A stretch of 64,000 nucleotides of DNA from Nitrospirota bacterium (lineage in GTDB: Bacteria > Nitrospirota > UBA9217). Where the stretch lies: positions 320,001 to 384,000 of the forward strand of contig CAWCKW010000013.1 of NCBI GenBank assembly GCA_963796285.1, written 5' to 3'. Shown piece by piece: positions 55,470-64,000 of this stretch. A program made the translations under genes and the position numbers. Every line of letters begins with the position of its first letter. Position 1 is the first letter of the stretch. The notes beneath the pieces were generated by a model, which saw only the letters and a list, made by a program, of their open reading frames with translations, was not told the DNA's origin and made no database searches.

Positions 55470-55907
55470 TTACACCTCGAATTTGCCGCCGATCATGTCT
55501 TTCAGATAGTGGTTTTCCGCTTTCAGGTTTTTGACGAGGACCCGGACGACGTCTCGCATGGACAGAAGCCCGACCAGCCCGCTTTCTTCAACGACCGGCG
55601 TATGGCGGATATTGTTCTGGATCATGATCGCCATCACGTAATCCAGATCTTCGCCGGGCTTGACCACCAGCAGGTTGGTGCTCATGACGTCCTTGATATT
55701 GACGTCCTTGCACTGTCGCGTTTCATCAGCCGCGTTCTTCACAATATCGCGTTCTGTGATGATCCCGACAAGCGATCCCCGATCCATCACGAGCAGCGCT
55801 CCGATATTGCACTCCGCCATCTGCTTCGCTGCGTCGAGCAGTGTCTGGCTGCTCGTGATGCTGAAGCATTCCAGTCCTTTTATGCTTAATAGTTCTTTAA
55901 CCTTCAT
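55470..55907 (-). CDS. Stand-alone CBS-pair protein
   Basis: NIGALLV, GIITERD, IRHTPV, GLLSMRD. Confidence 0.9.
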   Translation of the reverse strand: MKVKELLSIKGLECFSITSSQTLLDAAKQMAECNIGALLVMDRGSLVGIITERDIVKNAADETRQCKDVNIKDVMSTNLLVVKPGEDLDYVMAIMIQNNIRHTPVVEESGLVGLLSMRDVVRVLVKNLKAENHYLKDMIGGKFEV

Positions 55908-55935
55908 GGTTCAACTCCACAATAAACGCTGCGAT

Positions 55936-57102
55936 TTACTTCTTATCACGGCCGGAATTTTTCGCGAACACCATGGCCGTCGTGCGGTAGAACAGGTGCG
56001 CGAACTTCGAGTACGGGGCATAGGCAAACAGCGACCAGATGAATACCAGGTGAAGGTAATATACAAAATAGCCGACTTCCATATCAGCCAGCCGGAGACC
56101 CCACGAGAGCATGCCCGTGGCGCCGACACCGAACACGATCAGGAGGAATATCCAGTCGAAATAGGAACCCATGCCCGCTTTGCCTGCCTTGGCAATCCGG
56201 TTGAACAGGATGATGGCGAAGCCAGCGGCAAACCCGATGGAACTGACCAGCGCCAGTATTTTCACGGGATCGCTGTTCGGATAGGGAGATTCGCCGAAGT
56301 GGAAGGGGCCAAACGCCTGAATGCCGAGAAGTTCGTAGCCATAGAGATAGATGATGGCCCAGGTGGTCACGACAGCGAGCCCGGCAAAGCTGTAGAAGAG
56401 GATCATGTGGCCCCATTGCCGCAGCCTGTTCACATTACAGTCAGCGAACTTCGAATGAGCGAGGATCGTGGTGACGGAGGAAATGATGTCACCAACAAGA
56501 TTGCCGCTGGACTTCATCTCTCCTGCCTGCGACTTCATGCCGCTCCAGAGCCGCTTGATGCCGACGAAGGCCGAGACACCGGCAAAAATTGCCGTCAGGA
56601 TAAAGACCGTGTCGATCACCGGAACGGGGACGAACTTGTGGTAGGCCATGATGTTGCCTTCAGCCCTCGGAGCCGTAAAGCTGCCGTTCCCGAGCACGAC
56701 CAAAATCGCGTAAAACAGCGCCATCGGGATGGCGAACAGGAGCCAGATGAGCTTCGGGTCCTGGGCTATCTTCGCGAACAAGGGCACCATGGCGACATGT
56801 TTGATGCTCTGCTTTCTGATGGCGTTCAAAACCTCGCCGGGCTTTGCGCCGCGCGGACAATAAGCCGTGCAGTCGCTGCACTGGTGGCAAAGCCAGACAT
56901 CGGCGCTCGTGATGAGCTGGTCCTTCTGGCCCCACTGGGCAAGGACCATTTCCTTGCGGGGAAAGGGGTTCCCCTCAGGCGTGACGTTGCAGACCACCGA
57001 GCAGGTGGCGCACTGGTAGCACTTCTTCAGGGACTCGCCGCCGCCTTTGATGATCTCGTTCACGAACGCTAAATCCGGTTTAATGACCGTTGCTTCTGAC
57101 AT
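55936..57102 (-). CDS. qmoC: Qmo complex subunit C
   Basis: CYQCATCSVVC, CHQCSDCTAYCP, TM domain with PYSKFAH; follows qmoAB. Confidence 0.95.
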   Translation of the reverse strand: MSEATVIKPDLAFVNEIIKGGGESLKKCYQCATCSVVCNVTPEGNPFPRKEMVLAQWGQKDQLITSADVWLCHQCSDCTAYCPRGAKPGEVLNAIRKQSIKHVAMVPLFAKIAQDPKLIWLLFAIPMALFYAILVVLGNGSFTAPRAEGNIMAYHKFVPVPVIDTVFILTAIFAGVSAFVGIKRLWSGMKSQAGEMKSSGNLVGDIISSVTTILAHSKFADCNVNRLRQWGHMILFYSFAGLAVVTTWAIIYLYGYELLGIQAFGPFHFGESPYPNSDPVKILALVSSIGFAAGFAIILFNRIAKAGKAGMGSYFDWIFLLIVFGVGATGMLSWGLRLADMEVGYFVYYLHLVFIWSLFAYAPYSKFAHLFYRTTAMVFAKNSGRDKK

Positions 57103-57124
57103 AAATTCTATCCTCCACTTGCTG

Positions 57125-57167
57125 GTTAGGAGTTTTTACTCTTTACTATGAACTCCGTACTCATTAC
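57125..57167. repeat. Degenerate intergenic period-7 repeat
   Basis: aggagt ... tttactc tttacta tgaactc cgtactc. Confidence 0.5.
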
Positions 57168-59402
57168 TTACATGGTCCTAAACGGATTCGGTCCGATCTC
57201 TCTTATCCTGGCAGCAAACTCATTGAGCATATCCGGCAGTTTATCATACTCGTTGATAGCCACCTGCATGAGCTGGACGCGCTCGGACTCAAGCTGGAGC
57301 CGGTTCAGGGTCTCGCTGACCTTGCTGAAGCGGGTGTTCGCAAGTTCGCTGCCCTTGACGAAGTGGCACTGATAGTTCTCTCCGAACTTGCAGCCCAGGA
57401 GCAGCATACCGTCGGCGCCCTTGGACAGCGCGTCGGCAACCCACACCAAGTTCATGCCGCCCAGGCACCGCATGGAAATGAACCGGAATGCCGGATCGAT
57501 CTTCTTTCCGGCAATAGCCGCTGTGTCGAGCGCCGGATAGGAGTCGTTCTCGCAGACCAGGCAGATGATCGTCGGCTTGTCCTCATCATCGGAGTATTCC
57601 ACCGCCTTGAGCATCGAACCGACGATGTCGACGCTGTAGTCCTTGAAGGAGACGATACGCTCGGGGCAGGCGCCCATGCAGGTGCCGCAGCGCCGGCAGC
57701 GGTTAAGATTGTATTTCGGAATGCCCTTCTCATCCTCATCGATCGCGCCAAAGGGACATTCTTCCGTGCACCGCTTGCAGGCCGTGCACTTGATCAGCAT
57801 CGGATCGGGGAACGTGACGTCCCAGGCACGTGGATGGACCGCAACGCCGCGCGCCACATGGTCCATGGCCTGAATGGCCTTGAACGCCGCGCCGGCCCCG
57901 TCCTCCATGGCCTCCGCCATGTTCATGGGCTGGTGCACGCCGCCTGCCGCATAGATACCGGTCCTGCGCGTTTCATACTGGAAACAGATAAAGTTCGAAT
58001 CAGCGAAACCTGACGCCCCTTCGAGGGTCGGGATCTCCGGTCCCTGACGGTAGCCGAGATTCAGAATATAGTCAGGCTTGGGTGTCTGCTCAAGATAGTT
58101 CTTTTTGGCCTCATCGCCGCCGCCTGCGGCCTTGGTCAGTCCGTCGGCATATTCCTGGGGACCACGCGAGGTCGGGACCATGCCGGTGGCAAGGACCACG
58201 AGGTCTGCCTCGACCTTCACCTTTTCGCCCGTCTTGGTGCCGAAGAGCGTGTTCTCCATTTCAACGAACATATTGCCGTTCCCGGCATCGGATACGCCGG
58301 TCACATCAGCCTTGGTGAGCATCACTCCGGGATTGTTCTGGGCTTCTTTGTAGTAGAGCTCGGTCCTGCCCGGTGTCCGGATGTCCTTGTAGAAGATCAT
58401 GGCAAGGGCATCTTCGTTCTGCCGCACGTACTGCGACTGTTTGAGCGATGTGGCGCAGCACATGGAAGAGCAGTACGGCAGATGGTTCGGATCGCGCTGC
58501 CCGGCGCACTGGATGAAGGCGACCTTCAAGGCAGGCTTTCCATCGGACGGGCGCAGGAGCTTCCCGTTGTTCTTCTTCGCGATCTCCTCGAGTTCGAGGT
58601 TCGTGACCACGTTCTTCATCTTGCCGTAGCCGAGGTAGTCGAGTTTGTTCGCATCGTATGGCTTCCAGCCGGAGGCCATTACGATGGCGCCGATCTTCAT
58701 GGTATCGCCATTCGAAAGCGTCACGTCATAGAGACCGGGCTGACCATCGGTCTTGGACACGGTGGTTGACTTGTATACTTTGATGTTCGGGTTGCTCTCG
58801 ACCTCGCTTACCGTCTTGGCAATGTCCGTATCCACGATAAGGGGTTTATTGATATACGAACCCGTCGGGATCTTCTTATAGAGCTTGTTCACGAATCCGC
58901 CGAGCTGGGCATCTTTTTCAACGAGCACGACCTTCTCGCCCGCTCCTGCAGCGGACAGGGCTGCGGACATGCCCGCGATACCGCCGCCGATCACGAGGAT
59001 CGTCTTGCTCAGGTCCGGCAGGATGCTCGGCTCCGGCAGATCGCCTTTCTGGGTCTTGACGATGCCCATGCTGATATAGTCATAGGCAGCGTCGTTCGTC
59101 TCATCAGTGTTCGGTTCCATTGTCCAGGCAACGAACTCGCGGATATTGACACGCTCGACTATGGCGCCCGGGAAATCGAACTCTTCATATTTGGCGCGGG
59201 GCGAGCAGGCCGCGATGATGATCGTGTTCACGCCGTCCTTCGCCATATCGTCTTTGATCAGTTGAACGCCCTCGGGGCTGCACAGGACGTCATGGAATTT
59301 GTAGTTCTGGACCTTCTTAGCCGCACCGGCGACCTTTTCAACGTCCATCGCCTCCTTGATGCCGCATCCTTTGCAGATATATACGCCGTATTTCTTCTCC
59401 AT
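57168..59402 (-). CDS. qmoB: Qmo complex subunit B
   Basis: HdrA-like FAD domain, two ferredoxin motifs, C-terminal MvhD-like domain. Confidence 0.95.
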   Translation of the reverse strand: MEKKYGVYICKGCGIKEAMDVEKVAGAAKKVQNYKFHDVLCSPEGVQLIKDDMAKDGVNTIIIAACSPRAKYEEFDFPGAIVERVNIREFVAWTMEPNTDETNDAAYDYISMGIVKTQKGDLPEPSILPDLSKTILVIGGGIAGMSAALSAAGAGEKVVLVEKDAQLGGFVNKLYKKIPTGSYINKPLIVDTDIAKTVSEVESNPNIKVYKSTTVSKTDGQPGLYDVTLSNGDTMKIGAIVMASGWKPYDANKLDYLGYGKMKNVVTNLELEEIAKKNNGKLLRPSDGKPALKVAFIQCAGQRDPNHLPYCSSMCCATSLKQSQYVRQNEDALAMIFYKDIRTPGRTELYYKEAQNNPGVMLTKADVTGVSDAGNGNMFVEMENTLFGTKTGEKVKVEADLVVLATGMVPTSRGPQEYADGLTKAAGGGDEAKKNYLEQTPKPDYILNLGYRQGPEIPTLEGASGFADSNFICFQYETRRTGIYAAGGVHQPMNMAEAMEDGAGAAFKAIQAMDHVARGVAVHPRAWDVTFPDPMLIKCTACKRCTEECPFGAIDEDEKGIPKYNLNRCRRCGTCMGACPERIVSFKDYSVDIVGSMLKAVEYSDDEDKPTIICLVCENDSYPALDTAAIAGKKIDPAFRFISMRCLGGMNLVWVADALSKGADGMLLLGCKFGENYQCHFVKGSELANTRFSKVSETLNRLQLESERVQLMQVAINEYDKLPDMLNEFAARIREIGPNPFRTM

Positions 59403-59404
59403 CC

Positions 59405-60655
59405 TTATTTCCTCCTCAAGCTTTGGATGCTCTTCATCACCACGCCGGTGGCATCCTGCGCGGACCGCGCCACATCAACGGGGGTCTTGAGCGTCCCGGT
59501 CGCATAGATGCCCTTCGGGAGCGTTGCCTGGTCCACAAACCCGTCGTCGGTCGGCGTAATCCCCGCACCCTTGAAGGACTCTGTCGAGGGTTGCATGCCC
59601 GTGGCCAGGACGACCATGTCGAAGGTCTCGGTGATCTTGGTCCCGCCCTGGATGTCCTCGGCGGTGACCTTCACATCACCGTTCTGTGCCTGCTCGACCT
59701 TGGCTACCTTGCCTTTGAGGAAGGACACGTTCTGGTCTTCCTTGATCTTGGTGTAGAACCGGTTCTCATAGAGGCCCGGAGTTCTGATGTCGATATAAAA
59801 GATCTTGACCTTGGAATCAGGATAGAGCTCCCGCACATAGGATGCCTGCTTCAGCGAAGCAAGGCAGCAGATGTAGGAGCAATGTGCCAGATGGTTCTCG
59901 TCGCGAGAGCCTGCGCACTGCACGAAGGCGATGTTCTTCACCTCTTTGCCGTCGGAAGGGCGAACGATCTTGCCGCCCGTGGGGCCGTTGGGCGCCGCGA
60001 TACGCTCCATCATCATGTTCGTGATCACATTCTGGACCGTCCCGAACCCGAGGTTGTCCATCTTCGTGGCGTCATACGGGTTCCAGCCCGTCGCCATGAC
60101 CACGGCGCCGACCTTGACGTTCACGGTCTCGGCCTTCATGTCGAGGTGGATCGCGTCATACTTGCACGCTTCAACGCACTTGGCGCATGACGAACCCTTG
60201 CATGCCTTGACGTCAACGACATACTGCAGGGGGAACGCCTGGTTGTGCGGGAGGTAGGCGGCCTTGGTCTTGCTCATGCCGAAATCGAAGTCGTTCGACC
60301 GCTCCTCAGGGCATGCTTCGGTGCACTTGTTGCAGCCGGTGCATTTTTCGTTCACGAACCGGGGCTGCGTTTTAATGGTCACATCGAAGTTCCCTTCGGC
60401 GCCCGAGATCTTCTCCACTTCGGCCATGGTATAGATCGTTATCTGGCCGTTGTTCTTGATACGCTTGTACTGGATCTCAAGACCGCAGTTCGGGGGGCAC
60501 ATCTTCCAGAAGTACTTGTTCAGCTGTGTCACCCTGCCGCCGAGGTAGGGGTTCTTTTCCACGATGATAACGTCGGAACCTGCTTCCGCAGCCTCCACCG
60601 CTGCCGTGAGGCCGCTGAAACCTCCGCCGACAACCAACACCTTATTTTCCGCCAT
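59405..60655 (-). CDS. qmoA: Qmo complex subunit A
   Basis: GGGFSG, CPPNCGLE, QCAGSRD, CSYICC. Confidence 0.95.
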   Translation of the reverse strand: MAENKVLVVGGGFSGLTAAVEAAEAGSDVIIVEKNPYLGGRVTQLNKYFWKMCPPNCGLEIQYKRIKNNGQITIYTMAEVEKISGAEGNFDVTIKTQPRFVNEKCTGCNKCTEACPEERSNDFDFGMSKTKAAYLPHNQAFPLQYVVDVKACKGSSCAKCVEACKYDAIHLDMKAETVNVKVGAVVMATGWNPYDATKMDNLGFGTVQNVITNMMMERIAAPNGPTGGKIVRPSDGKEVKNIAFVQCAGSRDENHLAHCSYICCLASLKQASYVRELYPDSKVKIFYIDIRTPGLYENRFYTKIKEDQNVSFLKGKVAKVEQAQNGDVKVTAEDIQGGTKITETFDMVVLATGMQPSTESFKGAGITPTDDGFVDQATLPKGIYATGTLKTPVDVARSAQDATGVVMKSIQSLRRK

Positions 60656-60694
60656 GGTATCTTATTCCTCCTTAAGGCTGTAAAACCGAGAACG

Positions 60695-60781
60695 TTGGAG
60701 ACTGGAAACTGAAATTGAAGATTGGAAATTTTAAATTTGCGGTCGGACGTCTTCCGTCAATTTACAATTTTCAATGTTCAA
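60695..60781. repeat. Intergenic period-7 inverted repeat (TGGAAAT / TTTTCAA type)
   Basis: tggaaac tgaaat tgaagat tggaaat ... tttacaa ttttcaa tgttcaa. Confidence 0.7.
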
Positions 60782-60817
60782 AAAAATCTCCGGGAAGGGC
60801 AAAGCCCTCCCCGGAGT
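60780..60817 (-). terminator. Terminator/attenuator between aprA and qmoA
   Basis: CTCCGGGAAGGGC-AAA-GCCCTCCCCGGAG with T tract on minus strand. Confidence 0.75.
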
Positions 60818-60828
60818 TGTGAATGTTC

Positions 60829-62868
60829 TTAATGTTTCACAGGAGCTGCATCTTCAACAAGCTGTACGTAGGGGACCTTCTTGACTTCCCACTTGTCAGT
60901 CGCAATGTCGTACTTCGAGTTCACAAAGCACTTCCAGTTGGTGTCATCAACGAGATCGAAGTCACCGCGATAGTAGTAGCCGGGATAGCGCGACTCCTCA
61001 CGGAACAGGATGTGGCGTGCATGGGCTTCCACGGAGAGGATGCGGTGATAGTTCTCCCAGCAGCGCATCAGCTCGTGCAGGTTGCTTGCCGCCATCTTGG
61101 AGGTATCTTCCTTCAGGACCTGGAGCTTCTGGAGCCCTGCATCCAGCATGGTCTTGGAGGTCATGTACCAGGTCGAGATGCCGCCAAAGTACTCGTCCGA
61201 GATCTTCTGGAGACGGGTCTGGAGCATCTTCGGCTTGATGTAGTTCGGGTTGATATCCGTGGCCGTGGTGTAGGTCTTGTGCTTCTCGTACACCTCGAAA
61301 GGCAGATAAAGCTCGGCTGCCAGATGGTCCGCCGTTTCTTTGATCGTCGGTGTGTAGCTCGGATTATCGAGGATGAACGAGATCGCGCTCTTTGCCGCGA
61401 TGCGGCCTTCAGCATGAGAACCGGACGAGAACTTATGGCCCGATGCTCCGCAGATGTCGCCGCACATAAAGAGGCCTCTTACGGTCGACGAGCGGTTGTA
61501 GTTGCCCGCCGGCCACTTCTTGTTCCACTCTTCCGGAGCGCCGAGGTCATCGGGACCGCAGCACCAGAAGCCCGCACAGCCCGCGTGCGAACCGAGGAGA
61601 TAAGGCTCGGTCGGCATGATTTCGGACGGAACTTTATCCGGCTCGATGTTCTGCGCAGCCCAAAGGCCGGCTTGGCCGATGGCCATGTCGAGGAAGTCTT
61701 CCCATGCCTCAGCCTCGAGGTGCTTCACCTTCTTGGCGCCCTCTTTGTCGCCGAGTTTCTCCTTGAAGGTCTTGTTGATGGCTGCCATGGCCTCATCCGT
61801 TCTCATGAGGATCGGGCCTTTGCCAAGCTTCATGTCACGCATCATCAGGTGGTTGCGGATTGCCGTGCCGAGAACATCGACATACTTGCCGTACTTGGCC
61901 TTGGCCTCTGCCACGGCTTCGGGGTTGACGCAATAGTCTTCACCGAGGCTGTTGGTCGCCTTGGCCTTGAAGAACAGGAACCAGGCGCCCACCGGTCCGT
62001 AACCGTCCTTGAAGCGGGCGGGAACGAAGCGGTTCTCCATCATGGTCAGCTCTGCGCCGGCCTGCAGGCCGAGAGCGTAGCCGGAGCCGGAATTCCACAC
62101 CGGATACCATGCGCGGCCCTGACCTTCCTGGGTTGACCGGGGACGGAACACGTTCACCGCGCCGCCGGCTGCCAGTACCATGGCCTTTGCTTTGAAGATG
62201 TAGATCTTGTTCTCACGAACGCTGAAGCCGGCCGCTGCTGCAACGCGGTTCGGCTCCTTGGCATCATTGTAAAGCTTCACGATGAACACGCGCTCATAGT
62301 GGTTGGTCTTCACCCCGGTGGCTGCGCGATTGCTCTCCAAGGCCTTCTTCGCGGCTTCCGCCACGATGACCTTGTAGGACTCGCCGTTGATCATGATCTG
62401 CCACTTGCCCGAACGGACCGGCTTGCCGCCGTCCTTCAGCATGGTCTTTCCCGCTTCCTTTGCCTGGAAGCCGTCCAACGAGAAGCCGTCATCGCCCATC
62501 TTCCAGATCGGCAGGCCCCACTCCTCGAACAGCTGCACGGAATCATCAACGTGACGGCCGAGGTCATAGACCAGGTCTTCGCGGATGATGCCCATGAGGT
62601 CGTTCCGTACCATCTTTACATAGTCCGCCGGATCGTTATCGCCCATGTAGGTGTTGATGGCCGACAGACCCATGGCAACAGCGCCGGACCGGTCGGTCGC
62701 AGCCTTGTCCACCATGGTGATTTTTATCTTCTTGGGGTTCGCCCAGCGGGCGCCTTCAAATGCCGCGCCGCAGCACGCCATGCCGCCGCCGATGAGGAGG
62801 AGATCGGTCTCAATCTCTTCGATTGCGGGCTTTGCGCAAAACGAAAATGTACAGGTTTCTTTTTCCAT
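60829..62868 (-). CDS. aprA: Adenylylsulfate reductase alpha subunit
   Basis: RSGAVAMGLSAINTY, WQIMINGESYK, GHKFSSGSHAEG, EESRYPG. Confidence 0.97.
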   Translation of the reverse strand: MEKETCTFSFCAKPAIEEIETDLLLIGGGMACCGAAFEGARWANPKKIKITMVDKAATDRSGAVAMGLSAINTYMGDNDPADYVKMVRNDLMGIIREDLVYDLGRHVDDSVQLFEEWGLPIWKMGDDGFSLDGFQAKEAGKTMLKDGGKPVRSGKWQIMINGESYKVIVAEAAKKALESNRAATGVKTNHYERVFIVKLYNDAKEPNRVAAAAGFSVRENKIYIFKAKAMVLAAGGAVNVFRPRSTQEGQGRAWYPVWNSGSGYALGLQAGAELTMMENRFVPARFKDGYGPVGAWFLFFKAKATNSLGEDYCVNPEAVAEAKAKYGKYVDVLGTAIRNHLMMRDMKLGKGPILMRTDEAMAAINKTFKEKLGDKEGAKKVKHLEAEAWEDFLDMAIGQAGLWAAQNIEPDKVPSEIMPTEPYLLGSHAGCAGFWCCGPDDLGAPEEWNKKWPAGNYNRSSTVRGLFMCGDICGASGHKFSSGSHAEGRIAAKSAISFILDNPSYTPTIKETADHLAAELYLPFEVYEKHKTYTTATDINPNYIKPKMLQTRLQKISDEYFGGISTWYMTSKTMLDAGLQKLQVLKEDTSKMAASNLHELMRCWENYHRILSVEAHARHILFREESRYPGYYYRGDFDLVDDTNWKCFVNSKYDIATDKWEVKKVPYVQLVEDAAPVKH

Positions 62869-62882
62869 TTGTCATATCCTCC

Positions 62883-63314
62883 TTATTTCTTGATTACCGG
62901 CATAGCCTTCGATGTTGTGAAGTAGCCCGGCTGTTTGAGTTTTGCAAAATCGACCTCGGGTTTTCCCTTGTAGGGATCGACCGAACCTTCGGCAGTGGTC
63001 CTGATCGGGAACTTGAACCGCTTGAGGATCCCGTTCCGGAACTTGATGGTCCACATGATGGAGTCCGTGCCCCTCATCGGGATCACATTCGCGCCCAGAG
63101 GGGCGAAATCCTGGTAGGCCCTGATCTCGATCGCCTGCTGCGGGCAGATCTTGACGCAGTTGTAGCACTCCCAGCACTGCTCGGGTTCCTGGTTGTACGC
63201 CTTCATGAGGTCCCTGTTCAGGGTCATGAGGTCGTTCGGGCAGATATACTGGCAAGCAGTCTTATCTTGCGCCTTGCAGCCGTCACACTTCTCGGTAATT
63301 ACATAACTCGGCAT
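62883..63314 (-). CDS. aprB: Adenylylsulfate reductase beta subunit
   Basis: CDGCK...CQYICP, CWECYNCVKICP, KRFKFPIRTT. Confidence 0.97.
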   Translation of the reverse strand: MPSYVITEKCDGCKAQDKTACQYICPNDLMTLNRDLMKAYNQEPEQCWECYNCVKICPQQAIEIRAYQDFAPLGANVIPMRGTDSIMWTIKFRNGILKRFKFPIRTTAEGSVDPYKGKPEVDFAKLKQPGYFTTSKAMPVIKK

Positions 63315-63376
63315 GTTATTACTTCCTCCTATCTATGGATTGTAGTTAACTGCACTTGCAGTTGTTAAACCTTCAG

Positions 63377-64000
63377 TTACTTCTTCTCCGTATGCGTGCC
63401 CTCGGCGTGGCTGTGCAGCTTGATCTCCACCTTCGTGGTAAGACCCGCGTAGTACTTCTTGAGGATCTCGAGCACTTCGGGACGGCTGAAATGATCAGGC
63501 ACGTTCTCGCCCTCGGAGAGCATCTTCCGGAGCTTGGTGCCGGAAAGCATGAGGCGGTCTTCCTTGCCGTGGGGGCAGGTCCTCATGGAGGCCATGCCGT
63601 CGCACTTGAAGCAATAGAACGTATGGTCGATCTTGAGCGGCTGGGTCTCAAGCGCGCCTTTCGGGATGTCATCGAATATCTTCTGCGCATCAAAGGGGCC
63701 GTAGTAGTCGCCCACTCCGGCGTGGTCGCGGCCGACGATCAGGTGGCTGCAGCCGAAGTTCTGGCGGAAGAGCGCATGCAGGAGCGCCTCACGCGGACCG
63801 GCGTAGCGCATTTCCATGGGGTAGCCGCACTGGATGGACGAGTCCTTCACGAAGTACTTTTCCATGAGCGTGTTGATGGCATCGGCGCGGACATCGGCCG
63901 GGATATCGCCCTCTTTGAGCTTGCCCAGGATCTGGTGGATCAGGACGCCGTCCATGGTCTCGATGGCGATCTTGGCGAGATACTCGTGCGAGCGATGCAT
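63377..64000 (-). CDS. sat: Sulfate adenylyltransferase (3' part)
   Basis: [38 protein letters not shown]. Confidence 0.97.
   Translation of the reverse strand: MHRSHEYLAKIAIETMDGVLIHQILGKLKEGDIPADVRADAINTLMEKYFVKDSSIQCGYPMEMRYAGPREALLHALFRQNFGCSHLIVGRDHAGVGDYYGPFDAQKIFDDIPKGALETQPLKIDHTFYCFKCDGMASMRTCPHGKEDRLMLSGTKLRKMLSEGENVPDHFSRPEVLEILKKYYAGLTTKVEIKLHSHAEGTHTEKK

Noticed and set aside
55660-62136. Long plus-strand ORFs (470, 437, 255 aa) opposite qmo/apr
   Set aside because: Antisense to clearly conserved genes.
62872-63255. Alternative-frame ORF over aprB
   Set aside because: aprB is complete in its own frame; this ORF has no motifs.

Overview
Chromosomal segment (roughly 55-60% GC by eye) of an anaerobic dissimilatory sulfur-metabolising bacterium; gene content suggests Nitrospirota/Thermodesulfovibrionia or a Desulfobacterota relative (inference). 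Core genes: ffh (partial), pfkA, radC, perR-fprA-rubredoxin, an atpF'FHAGDC operon without atpBE, a TetR-EmrAB efflux unit, uvrA, nadB, a glutaredoxin/ferredoxin-thioredoxin reductase pair, guaA, and sat(partial)-aprBA-qmoABC-CBS-hppA. Points worth follow-up: (1) a four-gene HEAT / processive GT2 / TPR-YaiO barrel / LtaS-like transferase operon with the parts list of an uncharacterised synthase-dependent polysaccharide secretion system; (2) an orphan GrdB/PrdB-like selenoprotein with an in-frame UGA (UxxC) and a SECIS-like hairpin, missed by the ORF track; (3) a decaying integron-type cassette array (29.7-37.9 kb, six attC-like sites, possible 20-codon integrase stub) carrying nuclease-like candidate defence genes, and a separate attC-flanked rsgA behind guaA; (4) an IS110/IS1111 element whose 3' non-coding region carries guide-like matches to its own target and donor sites; (5) a nested set of non-coding elements: a 31-bp insert inside period-8 palindromes inside a TTAG-flanked miniature element whose centre is flipped between copies, plus eight intergenic period-7 repeats in core operons. 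Single-base frameshifts in atpF, uvrA, nadB and others indicate probable sequencing indels, so pseudogene calls between 19 and 42 kb are uncertain. All calls are by eye; no searches were run.
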